Below are positions 20,516-28,896 of a DNA stretch of 64,000 nucleotides, piece by piece. The stretch's first letter is position 1; the number at the start of each line of letters is the position of its first letter. The notes below the pieces were generated by a model, which saw only the letters and a list, made by a program, of their open reading frames with translations, was not told where the DNA came from and searched no databases. The translations under genes were made by a program, and so were the position numbers. The stretch spans positions 64,001-128,000 of the IMG/VR virus record IMGVR_UViG_3300028591_000073. The stretch is one strand, 5' to 3'. This DNA comes from a virus (lineage: Duplodnaviria > Caudoviricetes).

Positions 20516-20815
20516 ATGATGCAATTCAGTATCATTACCATTACATCGTTTGTCACAATGTTGAATAACATCGTAATTTATGTGGCAAAAACTACTTTTG
20601 AATTTGACATCAAAAAATACATCCCCATTATCTCCATCTTCTTTGGATTGATCCTTGGTATTATCGGATACTTCATGGAAGATGTAGACATGGGGACGAA
20701 TTTAGTTGAAGCTATTTTTATCGGCATTAGCAGTGGTGCATCTGCCACCGGCATTGATCAGGTTGGTAAACAGCTGAACAAATTAGATGACTTTTACAAA
20801 TCAGATGACTTTTAA
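20516..20815 (+). CDS. Phage holin
   Basis: Hydrophobic segments; KKYIPIISIFFGLILGIIGY...IGISSGASATGIDQVGKQL resembles Firmicute phage holins; candidate late promoter upstream. Confidence 0.75.
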   Translation: MMQFSIITITSFVTMLNNIVIYVAKTTFEFDIKKYIPIISIFFGLILGIIGYFMEDVDMGTNLVEAIFIGISSGASATGIDQVGKQLNKLDDFYKSDDF

Positions 20816-21099
20816 CCGACATATTTCAAGTCATCTTTGCCATCTGTTCCTTGGAGAAAGTCGTACTTTACGCCATCTCTCTGAATGAAGCAAGATGTTT
20901 TATCTCCTTCTTTGTAATAACGGAGCTTGGTCCATCTTGGATTATATCCATACATGGACGAGATTCTGTCATCACAAAAGCATGTTCTGACCATGTCTTC
21001 GCATCTCTCCATAATAACAAGAGAGATATCAACTGTCAGTGGAATTGTGCAGATACAATTATCAATCTCACACATACGGTTTCTTGCGTTCTTTGTCAT
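20812..21099 (-). CDS. Hypothetical protein
   Basis: AAGGAGG RBS before MTKNARN. Confidence 0.6.
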   Translation of the reverse strand: MTKNARNRMCEIDNCICTIPLTVDISLVIMERCEDMVRTCFCDDRISSMYGYNPRWTKLRYYKEGDKTSCFIQRDGVKYDFLQGTDGKDDLKYVG

Positions 21100-21161
21100 A
21101 ATAATTTCCTCCTTAAAAATGTTGGGACCCGGCATATGCCGGGTCCACTGATTGATTTTAT

Positions 21162-21410
21162 TTAGCAAACATGTTTTCCGTATACATATTTTCCGTCATA
21201 GACAACACGGAATTCTTCACCAATGATGTTTGGATTGTTGAAGATTCTCTTGATGTCTTCCTCATATGTTTCAGATTTATAATTCCCGAGGATTGCACGT
21301 TCTTGACGAGTTGTTTTCATCTCAACGCCATCCTCTGTAATGACCTGCATTTTTCCAAGTTTGTCAATCATGATAATGTCGATTGCTAGACCTTTTTTGT
21401 GTCTACCCAT
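21162..21410 (-). CDS. Hypothetical protein
   Basis: AAAGAGG RBS; co-oriented cluster. Confidence 0.6.
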   Translation of the reverse strand: MGRHKKGLAIDIIMIDKLGKMQVITEDGVEMKTTRQERAILGNYKSETYEEDIKRIFNNPNIIGEEFRVVYDGKYVYGKHVC

Positions 21411-21459
21411 TTTTGATTACCTCTTTCATATGATTTTTAGATATATAACTGTTAATGAT

Positions 21460-21726
21460 TCAGCTGACAAGAATCCATACAGTTTCACCTTCTTCAATAT
21501 TCCTGCCATCGATTTTAATAACACGGGAGCCATCCCATGTGGTAGAATACTTATTCGTATCACGTACTGCAACCGTATCATCAATTCTGACGGGATATAC
21601 ATGTGGGGATTCATGCACATTCCCAACAAGTACGGTACGGATACCGATAATCATAAGTACGATAACAATCATTGCAATTGTACCAATCATGGCAAGTTTT
21701 ACACGGACATTATTCTTTTTATTCAT
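21460..21726 (-). CDS. Hypothetical membrane-anchored protein
   Basis: N-terminal TM helix LAMIGTIAMIVIVLMIIGI; AAAGGA RBS. Confidence 0.6.
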   Translation of the reverse strand: MNKKNNVRVKLAMIGTIAMIVIVLMIIGIRTVLVGNVHESPHVYPVRIDDTVAVRDTNKYSTTWDGSRVIKIDGRNIEEGETVWILVS

Positions 21727-21817
21727 AATTAAAATCCTTTCTAATTATAGTCCTTTCACGGAATGATAATTTTGGTATTGTAACACCCATTATTGTTCAC
21801 GCGAAAGGAGAATTTTT

Positions 21818-22330
21818 ATGTTTGATACAGAACAAATCACCGCTATAATTATTGCGGTTCTCGGCTCCGGAGGAGTTGGCTCAGTCATCACAACCATCTT
21901 CCAACGAAAGAAGAATGCAGCAGAAATTGCACAACTCCGGCAACAGGTATCAGATGCTGAGGCTGATACCAAAATCAAGATCGACGATCATATCCAAAAG
22001 CGAATGTTGGAGCTTTCGGATACATACAAAAAGGAGTTTGAGAGTAGAACGGCCGAGCTCAAGGAATTACGTCAGCAAAATGAATTACTTGAGCAAAGAT
22101 TGAAACAGCAAGTGGGGAATCTCGAGACACAGATTAACCAATTGATGTCTTGGGTTGTGTATGACTCGATGCGATATCAGGAATGGTTGGAGAAAGAACT
22201 CTTAGCGAGGGAACCCAATATTCAATTTCCCAAATTTAGGAAACCGCCCAAATTTGTTCAACAATTTATGGATGCTGAAAATGATGCACCAGATACTCCA
22301 CCTCAAGGATTTACAGAAGATTCAGAATAA
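21818..22330 (+). CDS. Membrane-anchored coiled-coil protein (holin/lysis-accessory-like)
   Basis: N-terminal TM ITAIIIAVLGSGGVGSVITTIF followed by QRKK and a coiled coil; AAAGGAG RBS; candidate late promoter. Confidence 0.55.
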   Translation: MFDTEQITAIIIAVLGSGGVGSVITTIFQRKKNAAEIAQLRQQVSDAEADTKIKIDDHIQKRMLELSDTYKKEFESRTAELKELRQQNELLEQRLKQQVGNLETQINQLMSWVVYDSMRYQEWLEKELLAREPNIQFPKFRKPPKFVQQFMDAENDAPDTPPQGFTEDSE

Positions 22331-22361
22331 TATTAAGAACGGGGGCTAATGCCCCCGTCTA

Positions 22362-22727
22362 TTATTTATTCTGATTTGGATTGTTTGCATCCTTGATAAT
22401 CTGCAGTGTTTTAATGACTGTATCAATGTCTTCAATATCGATACGTCCACATTCTTTCAATATTTGTTGAATATCATATGCTTCTTTAGCCAACAAACGA
22501 TTGTATGCTTCCAACCAAATCTGTTGAATATGGCTGAAGACGCCATATGATGTAATCGATGTCAATAAGAATGTGATGACTCTCGCTGTTGTGATTGGAA
22601 TGTTGAACTGATTTGACAATTCAGTTGGAATCAGCATCGAAGCAAGCGATGTACCAACCACACATGCCACACCAATACACTTATAAGTTGATAACATTCC
22701 ATTGGCTGTTGTTGCTTTTGCTCTCAT
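22362..22727 (-). CDS. Hypothetical two-TM membrane protein
   Basis: Two hydrophobic helices; AAAGGAG RBS. Confidence 0.6.
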   Translation of the reverse strand: MRAKATTANGMLSTYKCIGVACVVGTSLASMLIPTELSNQFNIPITTARVITFLLTSITSYGVFSHIQQIWLEAYNRLLAKEAYDIQQILKECGRIDIEDIDTVIKTLQIIKDANNPNQNK

Positions 22728-22899
22728 AAATACTCCTTTCGGATAAAAAGAAAATCATGGCACAGATGGGATCATGATTTTCTTTGTGGGATGGGTTATC
22801 GATTGATAACCCATCCTATGTGGATGTTCGGATGATTGATTCACCTATCGGCGGCCGGAACTATTGCTCCGGGTTCACCTACACGGTGATTGATTTCAT

Positions 22900-23379
22900 T
22901 TACCAGATGATTTCACATCTAGTGTTAATGAAATCCATGATGCGGCTATAAAGGCGGCGATATGCCGCATCACCGTCATGCGGGTGTACTCCGTATACTC
23001 CTACAAGTCTTGCAAGGTCGCGAAGTTCACGGCGGGCAAGGCATGAGCACGGATAATATCCATGCCAACCAGATTCACATCCTTCGTGAATCTGGTATGC
23101 AATCTCTCTGCCCACAGAATGGGCTTTGAAATTGCAAACATGCTTCATATCATCAAGGACGTCGAGCGTCTCCTGATGAATGACGTAGCGCTGCTGTACA
23201 GGCGGCGTTGTGGTGCTGTAAGTGCCGCGATATACAGGTCTACCACCCTGATGGTATTGCGGTTGGGGGCTTTCAGGTACAACATAGATTCTGTCGTTAG
23301 ATGTTTCTTTAACTGCATCCTTTACAATCTCTGCGCCGACTGCCACACCGAATAAACCTGCTGCAATTTTTCCTAACAT
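22900..23379 (-). CDS. Hypothetical early protein
   Basis: AAGGAGG RBS; immediately downstream of the early promoter motif at 23441-23466. Confidence 0.7.
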   Translation of the reverse strand: MLGKIAAGLFGVAVGAEIVKDAVKETSNDRIYVVPESPQPQYHQGGRPVYRGTYSTTTPPVQQRYVIHQETLDVLDDMKHVCNFKAHSVGREIAYQIHEGCESGWHGYYPCSCLARRELRDLARLVGVYGVHPHDGDAAYRRLYSRIMDFINTRCEIIW

Positions 23380-23440
23380 AATTAATTCCTCCTTTTAATT
23401 TTTTATTTTTTTAATATTATGATTAGGAATGATATATAGC

Positions 23441-23466
23441 TATATCATATTAATCATATATATATC
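23441..23466 (-). promoter_or_regulatory. Putative early phage-RNAP promoter
   Basis: Minus strand reads GATATATATATGATTAATATGATATA. Confidence 0.6.
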
Positions 23467-25015
23467 AAATTTTAGTTTTATCGGAATCTTCTTCGTCATC
23501 AGGTTCCCATGTGATATAGTTCGTCTTTGTTGCCAATGACTTAAATACCTTAGAGCGACTCTTAATCCAGTATCCATCCATTCTGACAGAAGCATCATAA
23601 ATATCATAGAAGTGACAATCTTTTCCACAATAACGAATTCGACCAAAGACTTGTTTGGCTGTTACTTGAGATACAAACGGAGAACAATTGATGATATCCG
23701 TGATTCCGGGAATATCCGTGCCAGTACCACATGATGCAACTGTTGTCACAATCACATCCGCATGTTTGTTCTCTTCATTCTCTGCTTTCGTATTCTTGGA
23801 ATTAATTGTTCGAATGGTCAAGTCATATGCGAATGATTCATCATAATTCAGATTCTTCGTTAAGAAGTAAGAACATTCGGTACATAAGTCAATCAATGGC
23901 ATAAACAATAATACCTTAGCTGATGGATCTTTCTCATAAATCATCTTCAGAATATCTCGACAACATTTGAAATGTGTTTGTTTCTTATCATAAGCAATTA
24001 CCCATTTCCCATACGTGGCTGGATTCATTCCACGACCACCCTCTACACGATACCGAACAATGTTTTGTTTGGCATGTGTGTTTAATTGCACCATGTTATA
24101 TTCCACCCATTTGGATGGTTGGTTGGATGTTAACAATGTGGATGGACGATAGAATGTGGTATTGGCAAACACATGTTTGAAGATAGAATTCTCTGCTTTG
24201 GTACTTCTACCATCTGTTGCTGTCAGATACAGATTTCGTTGCACATTAAATACAAAATCCATGAGTAGTGTATCACGAAATTCCAAATGTGCTTCATCAA
24301 TAATCTTCAATCCAATCCCTAAGTTCTTTGTGATATTTGATGCATCTTTTAGATTCCCAATTCGTTTCAACCCAGCACGGAATGTGGCATGTGTCATCAG
24401 ATATACATCATAATCAAATTCATGATAATCGTGAGCGATATCATATAACTCTTGAGAGTCCTGAATTTCATGAACTTCATCTTCAGATAAACCACACATC
24501 TGATACAATGATTTCAACCATTGTTTTCTTAAAGAATCTCGATGCATGATAATCAATGTTTTCACTCCATACCTACAAGCCGCCACACCTGAACAAAATG
24601 TTTTCCCGACTTGCTAGAAGCCAGGATTTTTAACCAAGAATATTTGCCGGTCATTCTCGTTGTTTTTATGCTGATTAATACCCATAATGAAATTGATACA
24701 ATCGACCTGTTCATTGTTACGAGGTGGAACAATCTCTTCGTATTCAAATTGCATATGACGGGCATCATCTGCTGGCATGTGAACAACTTTTGCATTCCCC
24801 AATAGACGATGGATATATGAAATATCCACACCTTTATGGAAATACAATAAGTCTTGTTCTTCATCGAGAATATATCCAAGTGTCTTTGTCATCTCCTGAA
24901 ACTCATCCTCATACGTTAATAAGTTAATGAGTGGAGAGAGAGGCTCAACAGCCTCTCTTCCAGGATAGATACGAACACTTGTTGCATATACTCTAATTTC
25001 AAATCCTGTACTCAC
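23465..25015 (-). CDS. Superfamily 2 (UvsW-like) DNA helicase interrupted by an in-frame TAG at 24616-24614
   Basis: Track ORFs 24614..25015 and 23465..24586 are in the same frame: ..PRNNEQ..KNPGF*QVGKTFC..IIDEAH..LTAT..GTGTDIPGI..QVFGRIR (Q motif, Walker A, DEAH, motifs III, V and VI). Confidence 0.85.
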
Positions 25016-25053
25016 GTGGCATCACCTACCTTTCTAATTAAAAATCTAATTTG

Positions 25054-25764
25054 TCAGTTCAAACCATCATTTGTATATAATCTCTCCAATTCTTCTGGTG
25101 TAAACTTGGCATATTCATTTGCTCTTTTCTCCGCGGGTATCTCCTCATAATACATCCGGTCATATGTGTAAATCAAATCCTGTTTGGAAATATTATCATC
25201 TTTATTAGCCTTTTCTTTAAACTCATTCATTCGTTTATAAACATCTTTTTCAATTGAATCTTCCTCTTTTGCTCTTTTTACAAATTCAGAATAACTTGTA
25301 CCATTTAACATCACATAATCGATGAAATGACCATATTCATGACGAACAATCAACTTGTAATGATTGATGATATCAGCTATACTGCGTTCGGGATGTTTAC
25401 ACATGGTTCTGCAAATAGCATCCGAAGATATATAGATTGACACATGGTTTATTACGCATTTATCATCATCACAATCCATAATCGTAGTCTGTGTTCTAGC
25501 CGAGCATTCTGGATTCAAACAATTTTTTTCACGAATCCATCTCGCCACTATTTCATCAATTTCCTCATCTGTATAATGTGAATCATGCAGTCTTTCTGTT
25601 TCATCTATCAGAAACCGATAATCCGATGTGATAAGATTGTCAACTGTCAGCCCATGAGTCAATTCCTTCAGTTTAGATTTGATTGGCTCTTCTTTTATTA
25701 CTTTGGATAAGTGTTCATCCATAAAGTTGGTAATCTCGTTAATTACCATTTCAAGATTTGTCAT
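25054..25764 (-). CDS. HExxH zinc-metallopeptidase-like protein (paralog 1)
   Basis: RHEYGHFIDY...PAEKRANEYA. Confidence 0.65.
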   Translation of the reverse strand: MTNLEMVINEITNFMDEHLSKVIKEEPIKSKLKELTHGLTVDNLITSDYRFLIDETERLHDSHYTDEEIDEIVARWIREKNCLNPECSARTQTTIMDCDDDKCVINHVSIYISSDAICRTMCKHPERSIADIINHYKLIVRHEYGHFIDYVMLNGTSYSEFVKRAKEEDSIEKDVYKRMNEFKEKANKDDNISKQDLIYTYDRMYYEEIPAEKRANEYAKFTPEELERLYTNDGLN

Positions 25765-25838
25765 AATAAAACTCCTTTCAAAATGTGCGATGCCTAGGAT
25801 ATCCTAGGCATCAGTTACCTTTCTAATTAAAATCTAAT

Positions 25839-26567
25839 TTAGCAGTTCAGATTGTATTTGTTATATAACAACTCCAATTCTTCTGGAGTGAAACCGGCTT
25901 GTTCATTGGCACGCTTCTCAGAAGGTATTTCGTTATGATACATTAAATTGGAAGCATATATAATGTCTCTTAAAGGCAACATCCGATGTTTGAATTCTTC
26001 CAACTTCACAAGAACCTCTTTCTTCTTTTTCTCATCAGCTTCATGCTGTTTCTTCCATTGTTTGATAGGTGTGCCAACTTGACTGATATAGTCTCTGATA
26101 TGACCCATTTCATGACGGAGTGCCAGTTTATTGAATGCTAATACATCATCCAATCTATCCAGATTCAGAAATGCTTGACGATAGAATTCGTCAATCGACA
26201 TATAGATTGTCAAATTTCTATCGAGAACAATAATCTCCTTTTTGTCGGGGTCTTCATCCAAGACTGCTGTACACCACTGACAAATTGACAAGGCTGGTGC
26301 TTGTGGACCGAGAACGGTATAGTCTTCAATCATTTCCAGAATTGCTTTCTCGAAGTAATCCTTTTTATCATCCCCATATAGCTCTCTTAGTCTGTCACGT
26401 TCTTTACGAATAAAAGATGCATCACCAATTGTCTCGATATTGATAGACAACTGTTGATGATATTTGTTACATCTTTCTCTGATAGCTTTATCTTTGAAGA
26501 GTTTATCACATTCCTCATCAAATAAATCCATCAATTCTGTCTGCATTTTCTCAACTAAATTTTCCAT
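25839..26567 (-). CDS. HExxH zinc-metallopeptidase-like protein (paralog 2)
   Basis: RHEMGHIRDY...PSEKRANEQA; flanks duplicated with paralog 1. Confidence 0.65.
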   Translation of the reverse strand: MENLVEKMQTELMDLFDEECDKLFKDKAIRERCNKYHQQLSINIETIGDASFIRKERDRLRELYGDDKKDYFEKAILEMIEDYTVLGPQAPALSICQWCTAVLDEDPDKKEIIVLDRNLTIYMSIDEFYRQAFLNLDRLDDVLAFNKLALRHEMGHIRDYISQVGTPIKQWKKQHEADEKKKKEVLVKLEEFKHRMLPLRDIIYASNLMYHNEIPSEKRANEQAGFTPEELELLYNKYNLNC

Positions 26568-26621
26568 AATAAAACTCCTTTCAAAATGTGTGATGCCCGG
26601 GATATCCCGGGCATCTATCGT

Positions 26622-28880
26622 TTATGATACGAATGCTCTGATGACTTTGACACCAGGTACATGCTTCGGACGAACCGGTGGCATGCTCATTGTAGTTGGG
26701 TCAATACTGTCTACGTGAACTGTCGTGACTCTGGAGTCAGCATGATTCAACGTGACAGTTTGTTCCTTGGTCACACATAATACCGCAATCAAATCATCAT
26801 TGGCAGATAATTTGATGAGGGGTTGTGTATTTCCAAACTTCTTACCAGATATGAGGAATCTGGATTCGTTCAATCTCATTCTACCAAGTCTTGTCACATA
26901 CATGAGAAGTGGCTTCTTAGGATTGAGCATGAACATGCCAGATGCACCATGGTCTTCCTTCATAATGAACTGACCAACAGAATCCAATGATGCAACCTCA
27001 TTCAGTTCGGATACATTGAATCGTTTTCCATATCCATCTGGTGTATACATGAGAATGTCACAATGTTCATCCGCAATATCCAGAATGGATACAATCTCTT
27101 CATCTGCATCTAATGGAATGAGTGGTTTCTTCGTATTCACCTGCAGTTTGTCAATTGGCATATACTTGATTCTACCTTTGTTGGATAAGATAGCTATCTT
27201 GTGAGAGGTATTGGAGACTGCCATGATGCATCTCCCCATTTGCACTTTACCAACGGAAGTTAATGTGAACTTGGTATTATGGGACAGCTTTGTGGTATCC
27301 AACCAAACAAACTGTCCCTTTTCATCAATGAGACACACTTCATCACCTTGAATGGGAATCACATCCGATGATAAGTGTTCGGGATTCTCTGTTTCTGTTA
27401 AGATGAAACTCCCATCAGGTAAGATTTGTACACATCCAATATTTACCACATCAGATGTATTTGCATTGATAATCTTACTTCTTCTGGGATATCCATACTT
27501 CTGTTTGATTTGTTTGATTTCATTGATAATTTCATCGTTAATCTTCTGAGGGTCCTTTACGATTTCCTCAATTCTATTAAGCTCTTCCGTCAGTTCTGCA
27601 ATCTTCTTTTCTGTCTTCAAGAATTCTTCATGGGTGAGTTGATACATCTTCACATCCATCATGTATCTGGCTTGTGATGTTGATACATTTGGATGGAATA
27701 CATCCACCAGTGCTGGAACGATATCATCTTTGGTTTTACAATCCTTAAATGTCTTGATGGTAGTCTGGAGATTCTTGGGAGATAACATAAACATCTTACC
27801 TTCCAGCATGTTAATATCTGTCTTCAACTGAACTGTCTTCCTGAGGAACCATGCACGTTTGGATTGGATGCGAGCACGAATCCATGCCAATAGAATCTGT
27901 TTGACATTATACTTGTGATTCATACCATTATCTACCACCAACATATTTCTGGCGGAGATGGCGATTCGTAAACCATCCACACGTTTGAAGAGTTTATTCA
28001 ATACCTGATACAGATTGCATGGCTTACAACGAATCGTATATTTCAGTTTATCATGAACCAAGTCAGATTCATTATCTGCTGATATAATCTCCGGAATGGG
28101 ATTATTAGAATCTTGAATTTCACAAAGCTTCTTGTTAATCTTGGTCAAGAATTCCTTGTATGGGGTATTAGTGAATGTGATGGTATAATTCACATTATCG
28201 ATATCAAAAGATGATTGCATCCAAAAGGATTCTTCATCCTTGACGATGATATCACATCCAGTTGGTGAATCTGGAACAAGATGAATGTTTGCATTTGGAT
28301 TCTTCAATAACTTAATCGTGGCATCTGCAATCTCCGAAAGATTGTAAGGATAGATATCGGATGATAACGTATACCCGATTCCTGTAGTTCCGTTCAAGAG
28401 GATGATGGGGAACTTCGCCGGAAACCTAATGGGTTCTTCTGAGGTATTATCGTAGTTTGGTTTCATGTCTACCTTACCATCAAATTCATCAAACAATACA
28501 TCATACGCAAATTCAGACACGGACACCTTCCAATATCTTCCTGCACTGGCATTGTTACCGGTATCTTTCGTACCAGCATTTCCATGTGCAACAAACAGTG
28601 GAACATTGTTGGAGAAGTCTTGCGCCATATTTGCAATGATGTCTCTCATCCCCAAATCACCATGGGGATGATATTTCAATACCGCACCACCAAGTGTTGC
28701 CACGGATTCCGTTTGACCTTTACCGTGCGTCTTCAACATGGTGTACAGCAATCTCCGATGGACGGGTTTCAATCCATCATATACCTCAGGGATTGCACGT
28801 TGTACATTTACATTCACACCATAGAGCTTCATCCAATATTCAGCTTGATTGTACATCTCTACTTCTGGAATTTCATTCAT
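26622..28880 (-). CDS. gyrA: Type IIA topoisomerase subunit A (GyrA/ParC-like) with C-terminal beta-pinwheel
   Basis: RAIP..YDGLKPVHRRLLY, YHPHGD, catalytic SAGRY, PNYD...EP and LLNGTTGIG motifs. Confidence 0.9.
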   Translation of the reverse strand: MNEIPEVEMYNQAEYWMKLYGVNVNVQRAIPEVYDGLKPVHRRLLYTMLKTHGKGQTESVATLGGAVLKYHPHGDLGMRDIIANMAQDFSNNVPLFVAHGNAGTKDTGNNASAGRYWKVSVSEFAYDVLFDEFDGKVDMKPNYDNTSEEPIRFPAKFPIILLNGTTGIGYTLSSDIYPYNLSEIADATIKLLKNPNANIHLVPDSPTGCDIIVKDEESFWMQSSFDIDNVNYTITFTNTPYKEFLTKINKKLCEIQDSNNPIPEIISADNESDLVHDKLKYTIRCKPCNLYQVLNKLFKRVDGLRIAISARNMLVVDNGMNHKYNVKQILLAWIRARIQSKRAWFLRKTVQLKTDINMLEGKMFMLSPKNLQTTIKTFKDCKTKDDIVPALVDVFHPNVSTSQARYMMDVKMYQLTHEEFLKTEKKIAELTEELNRIEEIVKDPQKINDEIINEIKQIKQKYGYPRRSKIINANTSDVVNIGCVQILPDGSFILTETENPEHLSSDVIPIQGDEVCLIDEKGQFVWLDTTKLSHNTKFTLTSVGKVQMGRCIMAVSNTSHKIAILSNKGRIKYMPIDKLQVNTKKPLIPLDADEEIVSILDIADEHCDILMYTPDGYGKRFNVSELNEVASLDSVGQFIMKEDHGASGMFMLNPKKPLLMYVTRLGRMRLNESRFLISGKKFGNTQPLIKLSANDDLIAVLCVTKEQTVTLNHADSRVTTVHVDSIDPTTMSMPPVRPKHVPGVKVIRAFVS

Positions 28881-28896
28881 AACTTATATTTCCTCC

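Noticed and set aside
24604-24626. Self-splicing intron or intein in the helicase
   Set aside because: The insert is only 9 nt; there is no catalytic core and no intein motifs.
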